In this document: one piece after another, positions 12,125-29,500 of the stretch
How positions within the stretch are numbered: the stretch's first letter is position 1
Layout: each line of letters opens with the position of its first letter
From: the human T2T-CHM13v2.0 reference genome, Homo sapiens
Length of the DNA: 64,000 bases
Strand: one strand, 5' to 3'
Assembly: GCF_009914755.1 (NCBI RefSeq)
Contig: NC_060947.1
Program-made: the position numbers and the translations under genes
The notes under the pieces: generated by a model
Told to the model about the DNA's origin: nothing
Database searches by the model: none
What the model saw: only the letters and a program-made list of their open reading frames with translations

Positions 12125-14162
12125 CGTTTTTAGATTTTTACAAAAATAAGATTATATCACGTACAAACAAAGATAATTTGACTTCTTCCTTTGCAATTTT
12201 GATGCCCTTTCCTTCTTTCTGATTGTTCTAGTTTGGATTTCCAGTGCCATGATGAATAACAGTGATGAAAGTGGGTATCCTTATCATCTCCCAGATCTTA
12301 GGGGAAAGGATTTCAGCTTTTCCCCATTCAGTATTATATTAGCTGTAGATCTATTGTACATGAATTTTACTTTGTTGAGATGTTTCTTTTATATCCAGTG
12401 TATTGAGGGTTTATACTATGAAGAGATGCTGAATTTTATCAAATGCTTTTTCTGCAACAATTCAAATGATCATTTTTTTTTCTTTATTCTGTTGATATGA
12501 TGTATCACATTGATTTATTTGCATATGTTGAACCATTTGTGTATCCCAGGGATAAATCCCACTTGGTCATGATGAATGATCTTTCTAATGTATTGTTGAA
12601 TTCAGTTTGCTAGTATTTTCTTGTGGAATTTTGCATCAATATTAGTCAGAGATATTTGCCTATAGTTTTCTTTTTTTTTTATGTGTCTTCTTCTGGTTTA
12701 TTATCAGGGTAATATTGGCCTCATAGAATGAGTTTGGCAGTATTCTGTCTTCCTCTATTTTTCAGAGTGGTTTGAATAGGATTGGTATTAGTTCAAGTGT
12801 GTGGTAGAATTCAGCAGTGAAGCCATTTGGTCCTGGGATTTTCCTTACTGGGAGACTTTTTATTATGGCTTCAATCCCAATACTTTTTATTGACCTTTTC
12901 AGGTTTTAGATTTCAGCATGGTTCAATCATAATAGGTTTTATGTGCCTAGGAATTTATTTATTTTCTCTAGATTTTCTAATTTATTGGCATATAGTTGCT
13001 CACAGTAGCCACTAATAATCCTTTGAATTTTAGAAGTATCAGTTGCACTGTCTCTTTTTCACCTTTAATTTTATGTATTTGGGTCTTCTCTCTTTTTCTG
13101 GCTAAAGGTTTGTCTATTTTGTATAACTTTTGAAAAAGCAACTTTTTATTTTTTAATCATTTGTTTTATTTTCTTTATTTCAATTTCTTTATCCTCTGAT
13201 TTTGTCTTTATTATTTCTATCTACTGATTTAGGTTTGGTTTGCTTTTGTTTTTCTAGTTCTTTAAGATACATCATTAGGTTTCTTATTTGAAGTTTTCTT
13301 TTTTTATTTGGGCACTAGTGATAAACTTCCCTCTTACTACTTCTTTTGCCATATCTAATAGGTTTTGATATGTTAATGTTTCAATTATCAATTAGAACAA
13401 TTTTGTTCTAAATTGCTTAATTAACTCATTGGTCATTTGGTAGCATATTGTTTCTTTTCCATGTGTTTGCATAGTTTCCATAATTCTCCTTGTTACTGAT
13501 TTCTGGTTTCATTCTATTGTGGTCAGAGCAGATGCTTGATGTATTTTTTTTATTTTTTGAATATTTTAAGGCTTGTTTTGTCATTTAATGTACGGTCTGT
13601 CCTTGAGAATGATTCATGTACTGAGGAAAAGACTGTGTATTCCACAACCATTGGATGAAATTTTCTGTAAATATTTGTTAGGTACATTTAAACTATAGTG
13701 CAAATTATGTACAATGTTTCTTTGTTGATTTTCTGTCTGAAAGACCTGACCAATGCTGAAAGTAGAGTGGCAAAGTCTCAGTTATTATTGTATTGGCATT
13801 TATCTCTCTCTTTAGGTCTAATAATATTTGTTTTATATATCCGGGTGATCCAGTGTTGAGTGCATATATATTTAAAATTTTTAAATTTTCTTGCTGACTT
13901 GACTTTTTATTATATAGTGACCTTCTTTGTCTCATAGTTTTTGTCTTGAAATGTATTTTGTCTGACGTAGTTTATAGCTACTCCTGCTCTTTTTTGGTTT
14001 CCACTATCTTGGAATATTTTTTTCCATCCCTTGATTTTCAGTGTATTTGTGTCTTTATGGCTGAAGTGTGTTTCCTGTAGGGAACAGGTCATTAGGTCTT
14101 ATTATTTTATCCATTCATCCAGTCTATGTCTTTTGATTGGAGACTTCAATACATTTACATTT

Positions 14163-14184
14163 AATGTAATGTAATGTAATGTAA
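14163..14184. repeat. (AATGT)4 short tandem repeat
   Basis: aatgtaatgtaatgtaatgtaa. Confidence 0.8.
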
Positions 14185-17100
14185 GTAAGGACTTACTCCT
14201 AGCATTTTGTTATTCATTTTTCTGGCTCTTTTGTCATCTTCTCCTTCTTTCTTTCCTTAGGTCTTCCTTTTAGTGAAGGTGATTTTCTCTGGTGATATGA
14301 TTCAGTTTCTTGCTTTTTATTATTTGTGTACCCGTTGTGTATTTTTTGCTTTGAGGCAAATTTGAGGTAACTTTGAGGTTGTAAATACTATTTATAACAA
14401 ATTATTTTAGGTTGGTAACAACCTGGCACTGTTTGCATAAACAAACAAGCTAACAGAAAAGTAATATAAACTTTATGCCTTACATTTGTCCCCTTGTTTT
14501 AACATTTTGCTGTTTTTATTTATATTTTACTTTACTATGTCTTGAAAAGTTGCTATAGTTTTCTATTGTTTCATTATTTACTTTTCCTTCTTAAAATAAG
14601 CATGCTTTACAGTTACACTGTTATGATATTCTGTGTTTTTCTCTGTACTTACTGTTATCAGTGAGTTATGCCTGCAGATGACTGATTATTGCTCATTAAG
14701 GTCCTTTTCTTTCTATGTGGAGTACTCCCTTTAGCATTTACTGTAGGGAAAGTCTGGTGTTCATAAAATTCCCCAGCTTTTCTTTGTCTGGGAAAGCTTT
14801 TATTTCTCCTTCATGTTTGAAGGATATTTTTGCTGGATATTATATTCTAGAGCTAGAATAAAAGTTTTTTTTTTTCCTTTGGTGTTTTAAATATGTCTTA
14901 CCACTCTCCCCTGGTCTATATGGTTTACACTGAAAAGTCTGTTGTCAGATGTATTGGAGCTCCATTGTATGTTATTTGTTTCTTTTCCTGATTTTAGGAT
15001 TCTTTCTTTACCTTGACCTTTGGAAATTTATTAAATATCTTGAGTTAGTCTTCTTTGGGTTAAAACTACTTGGTGGTTAATAACCTTTTCATACTTAGAT
15101 ATTGATATCTTTCTCCAGGTTTGGGAAGTTCTCTGTTATCATCCCTTTGAATAAACTTTCTACCCTTTCTCTTTTTCTACCTCCTCTTTAAGGCAAATAA
15201 CTCTTATATTTGCCCTTTTGAGGTTATTTTCTAGATCCTGTTGGCAGGCTTCATTTTTTATATTTTTTTATTTGGTCTCCTCTGATTGTGTATTTTCAAA
15301 TAGCCTATCTTCAAGCTTACTGAATCTTCTGCTTAACCAACTCTGCTATTAAAAGACTCTGATGCATTCTTCAGCATGCCAATTGGATTTTTCAGCTCCA
15401 GAATTTCTACTTGATTCATTTTAATTATTTTATTCTCTTATTAAAATTTATGTGATAAAATTCTGAATTCCTTCTCTGTGTTATCTTGAATTTCTTTGAG
15501 TTTCCTCAAAATAGCTATTTTGTATTCTCTGTCTGAACGTTCATGTATCTCTCTTTCTTCAGCATTGGTTCATGGTACCTTAGTTAGTTTATATTTTGGG
15601 ATCATGTTTTCCTGTATGTTCTTCATACTCATAAATATTTTTCTTTGTCCAGACATAGAAAAGTCAGGTATTTATTGTAGTCTTTGGAGTCTGGGCTTGT
15701 TTTTACCCATCCCTCCTGGGATTACTTTCTACATACTCAAGAGGAATTGGGTGTTTTGATCTAAGCTGTATCTGCTTTAGGGGACACTCCAAGCCCAGTA
15801 ACACTGTTGTTCTTGCTTACTCATAGAGGTATTGCCTTGATGATCTTCGACAGGCAGAGACTCTTGTTCTCTTCCTTTTCTCCCTCCAAAATGGAGTCTT
15901 TCTGTTTTGAGCCACCTGGAGCTGGGAGTGGAGTGACCCAAGCACCTCTTTGGCCACCACCACTAGGACTGTGTCAAGTCAGACCTGATGCCAATAGACA
16001 AATACCTGCTGTTATTATTCCCTGGATATGACTTATGTTCACTCAAGGCTCTGGAGTTTAAAATCAGCAAGTGCCAAAGCCAGCCTGGACTGAGTTCTTC
16101 CTTTCAGTGTGTCAAGTTCTCCCAGGCCTTTGTTGAGTGCACAGATGCCATCTGGGAGCCAGAGACTACTGTCAAAAACTTTAGAAGTATATCTGGTGCT
16201 CTATTGTACTGCAGCTGAGCTGGTACACAAATCAGAAGACACAGTCCTTCATACTATTTCCTCCGCATGGAAACACAGGCAAAGAAACCTCACTCCACAG
16301 CCAACTCCCCGACCGGCCCACAGTGAGTACTGCTAGACTGCTGCTGATGTTCCCTGGAGGCCCTAGGGCTCAGCTTGTGGTGAAGGATGCTTGGCCTCGT
16401 ACTCACCCTTAAGGGCAGTGGGCTCCCCTGTAGCCCAGGGAAGGTCCAGAAATGCCATCTCAGAGCCATGTCCTGGAATCAGGGATCCAAGGGACCCAGT
16501 TGGTGCTCTTCTCTCCTATGGCTGAGCTGGTACCTAAGGACCACGACAAAGTCTCCTTTATTTTCCTTCCACTTTTGTTTTTTTCAAGCAAAACGAGTAT
16601 CGCCTCTCAACCACCACAGCTGGGAATATGCTGGGTCTCACCTGAAGCCAGCAAGTCTCAGAGTGTCACCCAACACCCTTGACATAGTACCTGGGTACCA
16701 CTGCTGGTTATTCGGGGTCCAAGGACTCTTCGGTTAGCAGGTGATGCATCCTGCCAGAACTGGGTACTTCCCTTCAAGGAAGTGCATTCCCTTCTGGCCC
16801 TGGGTGTTTCTAGCAAGGTCATCAGGGAGCTAGGGACTGAAAAGTGGGCTGCACAATTCTGACAGGTGTCCTATCTTGCTGTGGCTGAGTGTTATTCGGT
16901 ATGCAAGAAAAAGTCCTCCCCACTCTTTCCTCTCTTCTCCTCAAGTGGAAGGAAGGAGTCTCTTTTGGAGCTGTGAACTGTGTAGTTTGGGGTTAGTGGA
17001 GGGGTTATGCCAGCACTCCCTTAGCCATCCTGGCTGGAGTCTCGGTACGTCATGTGCCCTCTAGCCCACTGGCTCAGTTCAGCACTAGAACTTGCCTAGA

Positions 17101-17426
17101 AGTTGCAGTCTCTGTTGCCTAGACTGCCTTTCATGTTTATTTAGTGCCCCCAGAGCACTTTCGTCTTTGGTGCTGAGGTTTGCAATAACTCAAGTTTTGA
17201 TCGCTGGGATAAAAAATCCTGTGGCTGGGGCTGGTTTAAATGCCCCCTCTGTGGTGTGCATCAGCTGAGGTTTGATCCATTTTTGCTTTCTGTTATGACA
17301 AAGCAGCACTAAGTTGAATGCCTCACAATTGCTGCACTTTCCCTCTTCCCAGTGCACAGCAACTCTCTCCCCACCACAATGCTGCTGCTGGGGTTTTGGG
17401 GAGAGGTGGCATCCATGATTCAAGAT

Positions 17427-17582
17427 TCTTTCTGTTTTGAGCCACCTGGAACTGGAAGAGGAGTGACCCAAGCACCTCTATGGCCACCACCACTAGGACT
17501 GTGTCAGATCAGACCTGAAGCCAACAGACAAAAACCTGCTGTTATCATTCCCTGGATATGACTTATGTTCGCTCAAGGCTCT
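17427..17582 (+). repeat. Local direct duplication of 15897-16052 (156 bp, offset 1530)
   Basis: About 11 mismatches and no gaps by eye; ORFs 15807 and 17352 share 'SFCFEPPG.G.GVTQAPLWPPPLGLCQ.RP.ANRQ.PAVIIPWI'. Confidence 0.95.
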
Positions 17583-18279
17583 AGAACTTGAGCTGCACTC
17601 CCAGTTTTTCCTAACTCTTCAGTGCCTCTTTCAGTGATATGAAATTAAAATCAGGAACCCTGTGTGCTCACCTGGTTTTTTGGTTTGCATGAAGGTGCCT
17701 TATTGTGTAAATAGCTGTTAAATGAATGTCCTTTGTTGGGAGGATGATTGGTAGAGCCTTCTATTCCTCAGTCTTACTCTACCACCTACCTGGAAATATA
17801 ATTTTATATGAAGACTTTAGAATTATTACCTACTACTAATTTACCTATGTTGTATATTTCTTTTTAATAATATTTTAATGACTGCATAATGACTTATTTC
17901 CTTATTGTTTTATATGTTTATCTTTTCCCCAACAGTTTGCTTTCATGAAAAATTTAATATCATTATTGTGCATAAAAATTTTTCTGGATTTTAAATTATT
18001 TTTCTCTCAGCATAGATTCCTAGAACTAGCTCTGCCATTGAGCAGAGACTGACTTCATGGCATGATTATTTGAAGCATGGAATTTTACTCTGTGTTCTTA
18101 ATGGGTTTCAATACACTTGATTAAATTATGTGATCTCCACCTAGATGTTGGGCAATTCTCTTTCCAGTCCTACAGTTAAGCTTTTGTATTTTTCTTAAAC
18201 TTGTCCCGAAACATCAGCTTTCACATCCTAGTGACAAGACCACCAATTTAGTAATAAATAGTATATGTAATATATATAA

Positions 18280-18560
18280 TTAATACTAGCTTTTATTGGA
18301 TAATACTATGCATCTAGAATCATGCTAAAAACTGTATGTGGATTATTGAATTCAATAACTTTTAAGCTTTCTTAATCATAAGAAGCAATTGGAGGACTAA
18401 AAATGCAGAGTCTCAGGTCCAGGAAGACATTTAATGAGTCTGTTCTTTAGTTACCTTTATAAAGTAGGGAAAAGTAGTTCTTTCCCAACTACAGGACTGT
18501 TGAGTGGTCATAAGGAGATAAATAATACTAATAACTTGCTTAACGTAGCTTTTCATAAAA
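18280..18560. mobile_element. Degraded MIR fragments
   Basis: 'ttttattggataatactatg...atgctaaaaactgtatgtggattatt' and 'acaggactgttgagtgg...aggagataaat'. Confidence 0.45.
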
Positions 18561-19319
18561 GTTACTTTATATAAAAGTTATGTAAAGCAAGTTATTAGTA
18601 TTATTTTTATTGATACTAGGAAATGTACTTGTCTACACCTTCCACAGTGTTGAGAGTCTTTGGTAGTTTAAATAAACAAATGTAAGTTAATCTGGGCCTG
18701 AGAACATTGCAATTTTATATTTCCCTATTGTTGAAAGTGATGACTAAGTCTTGTATGGATGAAAAAATATAATTCTTACTTTCTTAATTGTACAATCATT
18801 CTTACTGGTAAAGAAAAACAGATTGATGAGTATACAAAAATCATGGAATATTACCCTATTGCATTGAAGATTCTATGTAGAAGTTGTTTGAGAGCATTTA
18901 AAGTTTACTGTGGTCTTTGGGATCTCACCTTTCTTTTTTTTACTGTTCAAATGTATACAAGCTGAAAAGGAAACATAGCTCTTGTTACACGTGGGGGAAA
19001 GTAGTTGAATGTACCTTCTTACATGGCATACTTACAATGAAATCAGCTATTTATAATTATGTTTAAATAGGTTCAATGGTGGTTAACTATTGAAATCTAT
19101 TGGGTAACTGAAATGTAAGAAAAGGGAGATAAAAGTCAGGTAGATATTTGGGAAGAGGCTAAAGATAACTAAACTCTCATTGGCCCTCTAACTGTGAAAT
19201 CTAGGGCAAAATTTGACTTATCTTAAAGCTGGTCTAATCATTATTGGATTGTCATAATCTTTCACTTTTGCTAGCTACATTCTTTTTTTATTTCTGAAAT
19301 ATTTTGCTGGCTTTTCCTT

Positions 19320-19892
19320 TCTTATATATATTTTTTATAATAATCCTCACCATCCTCCCTCCCTCCACCCTTAAGTAGGCCTTGGTGTCTTTTGTTCCAT
19401 TTTTGTGTCTATATGTACTCAGTTTTTTGCTCGCACTTATAAATGAGAACATGTAGTATTTGGTTTCCTGTTTCTACACTAATTTGCTTAGGATAATGGC
19501 CTCCAATTCCATCCACGTTGCTGCAAAGCACATAATCTTGTACTTTTTATGAATGTGTAGTATTCCATCCTGTACACGTACCACATTTTCTTTATCTAGT
19601 TTACCAGTGATAGGCATTTAGATTGTTTTTATTTCTTTGCTAGTGCAAATAGTGCTGCAGTGAACATACCTGTGCATGTGTCTTTATGGTAGAATGATTT
19701 ATATTCCTTTTGATATATACTCAGTAATGAGATTCTTGGATGGAATGGTAATTTTGTTTTAAGTTTTTTTTAGAAACCACCAAACTGCTTTCCACAATGG
19801 CCAAACTAATTTACACTCCCACCAACAGTGTATAAGTATTCCCTTTTCTTCACAACCTCACCAGCATCTGTTATTTTTTGACTTTTTAATAC
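19320..19892 (-). mobile_element. 5'-truncated L1 3' end (L1PA13-16/L1PB-like)
   Basis: 'cacttataaatgagaacatgtagtatttggtt...ggataatggcctcc...ttacactcccaccaacagtg'. Confidence 0.88.
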
Positions 19893-20441
19893 TCAGCTTG
19901 GAATTTTTGAATGTAATACAGCACTAAGCCCAGTTGGAAGGCAAAAACAGGAAAACTTTGGCAGGGATGTTTAATTTAAAGGAGAAATGTGAAAGTATGT
20001 AAGACGTGACTCTCACTATTGTCTCAGTCGCCTTTCAAATGGGCCTTGTGCCATTTTGTAGAGTGTGGTGTATGAAGTTCCCAGAGATCAGGACCAAATG
20101 ACAGAACATCATAAATCCTAGTAGTGCATGTTTCTATAGTCAAACTAATATGTTACAAAATATTTTAAATACTTTGTTACTAAACAAGGGTTTGAATACT
20201 CAACAAAGTTTAAGTCCTGAGCCTTGCACCTTATAGAGAGAAGATTGTTTCTTTAGATGGAAGTGGGAGTCAATTCATACCAAGCATAAATCACTGAGAC
20301 TTGAAAGGGAAGGAATACACAAATTTCATAACAACTGATCATACAGAAAGACAATCCAACCCAAAGAGCTTCATAATTGTTTGAAAACAACTTGAAGTGA
20401 CAGAATTTGCTAATAAGCTGAAGCAACAGTAAAAATAAATA

Positions 20442-23557
<3,116 letters not shown>

Positions 23558-23849
23558 TGCCATAGGTAGATTATTGCTTTTTCTATTATAATTTTGTCTT
23601 TTCTCTTTTGTAGGGACATCAAGGTGATTTAATCTTGTTTACAAAAATGTCGTAGCACTTTGCATTCACTGGATATTATTTTAATATATTTTTAAAACAA
23701 GCATTGACAATACTCTTAAATTCTTAGTATTTTCTTCAAATTTATGCTATTAATAAATACAAAATGTAATGCATCCATGTACCTTTCTATGAAATTTCTT
23801 TTCTTTGTGTTTTTGCTTGGTTTGCCCCTTGTGCTTATCTTCTCTTGCC

Positions 23850-24130
23850 TTCCTGGTAAACTTCTGTTTACCCTTTTCAGATTAAAATATACTTCAGAAA
23901 GTCTTCTACGACCTTTACAGAGGGATAATTGCTCCCTCTTCTGTGTTTCTATAGTATTTCTCTTATGTCTCTATCAAAGCAGTTATCACGTTCCTATAAT
24001 TATTTGTTTCCTCACCGCCTACTCCACTAGTATATGTGCTCTGGAGGAAAAGGACTATATTCAAATTTTCTTTGACTAGTTAGAAAAGAGTAAGTACTTG
24101 TTACATGTTTGTTGAATAAATAAATAAATA
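23850..24130 (+). mobile_element. L2 3'-end fragment
   Basis: Ends 'gtaagtacttgttacatgtttgttgaataaataaat'. Confidence 0.6.
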
Positions 24131-24282
24131 TCTTATATCTAATTGAATCTTGGTGGCATCTGAGTTTACTGAGTTCCATGGAACCACTGAAGGCAGTGTT
24201 GCCTGGTACCAGGAGAGGGTAATAGAGCAGTTCCCTAAGTAGACTTTATGGTTATTTTGGATGGAAACAGAAGCTAGAATGA

Positions 24283-24453
24283 TAGATTTCAAACCTGGCT
24301 GCAGATTAGAGTGACCTGTGGAGCTCTTTAAAACTACCAATACCTATCCCCATCTCAGTCCACTTAAATTAGAATACTGGGGATAGGGTCTGGTTATTCA
24401 CAGATTTTTTAAATCTTTGTAGATAGGTCTAATGTCCAGTGTTGGACACTGCT
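24283..24453. mobile_element. MER5-like hAT-Charlie DNA transposon relic
   Basis: 'ttcaaacctggctgcagattagagtgacctgtggagctctttaaaa...ttagaatactgggg'. Confidence 0.7.
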
Positions 24454-25479
24454 GTGCTTGAAGCTGAGGAACCCAGGATTGTCAGATGGTGTTCATGCTG
24501 AAATTAAAACAGGAGAGGAGATGATGTACAACTGTGATGTCAAGAACTTGAACACATGAATTAAATTCAAGTTGATATGAATCCATGAAGCAGAAAGGAG
24601 CCCAGATCGGCAGACAAGTGATAGCACATGGAGTAAAAGGCTGAGTAATGTGAAGTTCAGTAATAATTGCTGGATAAGAGTCAGAAGTCAGAAATACAGA
24701 GATCAGAGATGTTAGAGAGAAACTTTTCTAATGACAATCAGTTGCTAGACATTATACATTTTTTGAGGCATAATTTGTACCCTCTATCTTGACAGATTTA
24801 CAGTATCTCACCTTTGCAGTCAAGATGCTCCAAAAAGTTTGGTTTCTTATAAAAACAGTGGTTTTATATGTCCATAGAGTCCTTCTTTTTCACATTATTT
24901 CCCTCACAGACATTGCAAGGTTTTAAGAAGATACTTAGGAAAATACAGCTTTCCACTGTAAGAAAAAAAATTCTCTTTTGCTCCTACTATTTTTGTGTGT
25001 AGTAGTCATGTCAGGCCAAAGTTAAGTGAAAGAATCATTGGAAATAAAAATCCAATGGCTCTAATCTAATAGATTACAAATATAAGCAGATTGACAATTG
25101 AAGTGAAAACCAGAGATCTGAAAAACAAGTTAAATAATGTGTGCCAAATTCTTTGTTATATATAACATTTCCTTTGGCAAGTTTTATTACCTAATTTCAC
25201 ACGTATTTGTGTGAAATATTATTTAGTTATGGCCAAGCAGACATATCCAAAGTATCTATCTCTGCATTCATTTCACAAGAAAAATTATTATGACATACAT
25301 TATTGAGTCAAAATGTGTCTCTTAAAAGCAAACCTTTTTAGATTTGCATTCAAAATACAAAATCCCTGAAGTAAGATTATCTCCTTTAATATCCAACTAC
25401 TTACTTGGCATGTTTATTTAGTTTTTACCATAGTGTATTCCATGGCAATAATTTATACTTAATAAGTACTACAAGGACA

Positions 25480-26495
25480 AATAAGTGATTGAATTTGGGA
25501 ATAAGAAAGTCACTGGTGACATAGAAGAAGGTAGTTTTAATAGTAATTGGAGTCTTAGCTAGATTACAAAGTGCAAAGGAGAAAGTGGGTGGTAACAAAA
25601 TGCAGGCAATAGAAAATAAATTTTTGGTTTTTGACAAGTTTAGAAGTAAGAAAAGATGTAAATTTGGATGGTAGCTGGAGAAAGGAATAATGTGGAAGTA
25701 AATTTTTATTTTAGGATATTTATAGGCTTAGTTGGAAGAACCAGAAGAAAATTATAGACTAAAGATAAATATCAAAAGGGGGGGTGCCATGGAAACTGCT
25801 AATCATGCCTCAATATCTCTCTCTTCCTTCCTTAGTAATAGAAACATCAAATTTTGTCTAAGCTCATGCAAAGGTACATTACCCAATCACCTTGGAAGCT
25901 AGGTTTGGCTATTTGACTAACCTCTGGTCCATGGGATGTAAGCAGAAGGAAATATGTGCACTTCTAGAAAGTGATCTGAAAAGGAAGGAGTACCCTTTTC
26001 TTGTCCTTTTTTCTGCTTCCTGTTTTCTGGACTGTGTACCTACTGGATAGAATTGTAGTTCTTGGTTTATGAGACAGACATTGTGGTGAAAGTGTTATGT
26101 TGGGAATAGGAACAAGATATAAGGGATTTGGGACCTCATGATTATGGAGCTAATATACCAGTCCAGGAATGCTTAGGTTTATCTTAATGGAAATCAATCT
26201 TGGTCAAACCACTGTTGTTTTGGGCTTTCTATCAGCTGTAGTTGAACCTAACCCTAACTAATACAGTGGGTAATTGATGTAGGGTTGGGACTAAAGTTAA
26301 AGTGTCATAGGTTTTATTTGGCAAGAAGGAAGGATAAATCCATTACCTGAGATGAGATATAAGGAAAAGAGAATGATTATGATTCTAGAATGCTTTTGAG
26401 ATTGAAATCTTTTCTCATGTTATATGGCTTCAATATTGCAGTAACAAAGGTAGCAATCATCTGAAGGTGGAGATGAAATTAGGTGTTAGGAGAGG
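25480..26495 (-). mobile_element. L2 ORF2-region fragment, split by an MLT1 LTR
   Basis: 'gaatttgggaataagaaagtcactggtgac...agttttaatag...agctagattacaaagtg', typical of antisense L2. Confidence 0.6.
25785..26265 (+). mobile_element. MaLR solo LTR (MLT1I/J-like)
   Basis: TG...CA ends; terminal 'aaccactgttgttttggg...aaccctaactaataca'; flanks ggggg/gtggg resemble a 5-bp TSD. Confidence 0.75.
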
Positions 26496-26521
26496 TTTAA
26501 AAAAATAAAAAAAACTTCAGA

Positions 26522-29500
26522 GAAGGGGTGGAGCAAAGTGGTAAAATAGAAAGCCCCACCATTAGCCCACTCACAGGCACACCAAATTCAACTATCGACA
26601 CAAAAAAAGCTAGATTACAAAGTGTGAAGGAGAAAGTGGGTGCTAACAAAATGCAAGTAATAGAAAATAAACTTTTGGTTTTTGACAAGTTTAGAAGTAA
26701 AGAGAAATGTAAATTTGAATGGTAGCTGGATAAAGTAATAATGTGGAGGTAAATTTTTATTTTAGGCTATTTATAGGCTTAGTTGGAAGAACCAGAAGAA
26801 AACCTTCATAAGAAGTAAAAATCAGGTGAACCCTCGCAATACCTGCTTTTAACTTCATAGTGCTGAAAGAGACACTGCAGTGGGTAGAAAAGACCGTCTT
26901 AAATTGCCAATGCCACCCATCTCTCATACCCCCACAGTGGCAATGGGGTCTGGAAAAATCTGTGTGATTGGGAGAGGGAGAACCCAGCAATTGTGAGACT
27001 TTTCATTGAACTCAGCGCTGACCTGTCACAGCAGCAACAGGGCTGAAATCAGCTGATGCCCTCACAGAGGGATCATTCAGACCAGCCCTAGCCAAAAGGG
27101 AATTGCTCACTCCAAGGGTTAGAACTTGAGTTCTGGAAAGCCTCACGACTGCAGGCTGAAATGCTTTAGGGCTCAAATTAAACTTGACAGGCAGTCTAGG
27201 CCACAAAGACTGCAAGTCTTAGTGCTGAGCTGGGCTCAGAGCCAGTAGACTTGAGGACTTGGGGAGCACGTGACTTACTGAGACACCAGCTGGGGCAGCT
27301 AATGGATTGCTTGTGTCACCCCTCCCCCAGGCCCAGACAAAACAGCTTGTGGCTCCAAAAGAAACCCATTCTTTCTGTTTGAGGAGAGGGGAGGGAAGCA
27401 TAAAGAGGAATTTTGTCTTTCATCTTGGATAGCAGCTCAGCCAGAGTACTATAGGGCACCAGCACCAGTGAGAATCCTGAGGCCTTCATTCCATTCCCTA
27501 GCTCCTGAATGATATTTCTAGACGTACCCAGGTCCAGAAGAAAACCTGCTGCCTTAAAGGGAAGGACCAAGTCCTGGCAGGATCCATTACCTGTAAGCTA
27601 AAGAGTTCTTGGGCCCTAAAGAACAAGGAGCAGTAGCCAGGTAGTAAGTCATAGGAATTGGGCAAAACTCTCAGACGTGCTGGCTTCAGGTGAGACCCAG
27701 AATATTCCAAGCTGTGCTGTCTATGGTGAGAAAATCCTTCTGCTTGAGAAAAGCAGACAGAAAAGTAAAGGGGACTTTGTCTTGCACCTTAGGTACGAGC
27801 TTGGCCACAGTGAGGTAGAGCACTAAGCAGACTCTTGGGGTCCCCAAGTATAGGCCTTTACTCTTGAATGACATTTGTAGACCTGCCCTGGGCTGGAGGG
27901 GAGCACATTGACCTGAAGGATGGTCAAGCAGCATTCACCACAAGCTGAGTGAAAAGCCCTTGGGCTCTTGGGCTTTAAGGGAACACTGGTGGTAGCCTGT
28001 CAGTACTCCCTGTGAACCTGTGGGAGTGGTGGCCATGGGGAAAGGCTCCTCTGCCTGTAGAAAGGGGAGGAAAGAGTGAGAAAGACTGTTTCTCATGGTT
28101 ACAGGGCCAGCTCGGCCATGGTAGAATAGAACACCAGATAGACTTATAAAGTTTTTGACTCCAGTTTTTAACTCCAAGATGGCATCTCTAGACCTACCTG
28201 GGGCCTGGGAAAAATCACTCTCCTGAAGAAAAGGACAAAAGCCTGGCTGGCTTCACCACCTGGTGACTGTAGAGCCCTAGGGCCTTGATCAAACATAGGT
28301 GGTAGCCAGATAGTGGTTACACTAAGCATTGGGCGAGACCCAGTGCTGAGCTGGCTTCAAGTCTGACCTAATGCAGTATCAGTGGTAGAGGCCACAGTGG
28401 TGCTTGTGTCACTCCCTCTTCCCCAGAATCAAGTGGCTCAGCACAGAGTGAGAGACACCTTTTGTTAGGGAGAAAGTAAGGGAAAAGAAAGAGAATCTCT
28501 GCCTGTAAATCCAGAGAAATCTTCTGGATCTTATCCAAGGCCACCAGGAGGGTACCTCCATGAGTCTGCAAGAAGCACAACATTAATGGGCTTGGTGTGA
28601 CTCATAATACAAATACAGCTTAGATCACAACACCCAAGTCTTTTCAAATACCTGCAAAGACTTCCCAAGAAGTATGGGTACAAATAAGCCAAGACTATGA
28701 AGACTACAATAAATACAGAGCTCTTTAAGGCCAAAAGAAAGACATCTACAAGTATCAGTACCATTCAGGAAAACATGATTTCACCAAATGAACTAAATAA
28801 GGCACCAGGAACCAATCCTGGAGAAGCAGAGGTATGTGAACCTTCAGACAGATAATTCAAAAGAGCTGAATTGAAGAAATTCAAGATAACACAGAGAAAG
28901 AATTCATAATTCTATCAGATGCATTTTACAAAGAGATTGAAATAATTAAAAAGAACCAAGAAAAAATTCTAGAGTTGAAAAAATGCAACTGACATACTCA
29001 AGAATGCATCAGAATCTGTTAATAGAAAAACTGATCAAGCAGAAGAAAGAATAAGTGAGCTTGAAGACAGGCTATTTGAAAATACTAGTATACCCAGGTA
29101 AAATATCCTTCAAACACGAAGGAGAAATAAAGACTTTCCCAGATAAACAAAAGCTGAGGAATTTCAAAAAGGTACAAAATTTACTGACAATAGTTATGTG
29201 CACAGAAAAACAGAATATTATAACATTGTACTTGTGGTGTGTACACCATTATTATTCTAAGTAGAAAGAGTGAAAGATGAACCAATCAAAAATAACTGCA
29301 ACAACTTTTGAAGACACAGACAATACAATAGGATATAAATAGAAACAAAAAAAATTTAAAAGTGAGAGGATGAAGTTAAAGTGTAGAGATTTCAACAGTT
29401 TTCTTCTTGCTTGTTAGTTAGCTTGTTTATTTAAGCAGTGTTAAGTTATCAGCTCAAAATTATGCATCATGTGAGAGTATTTGCAAGCTTCATGGTAACC

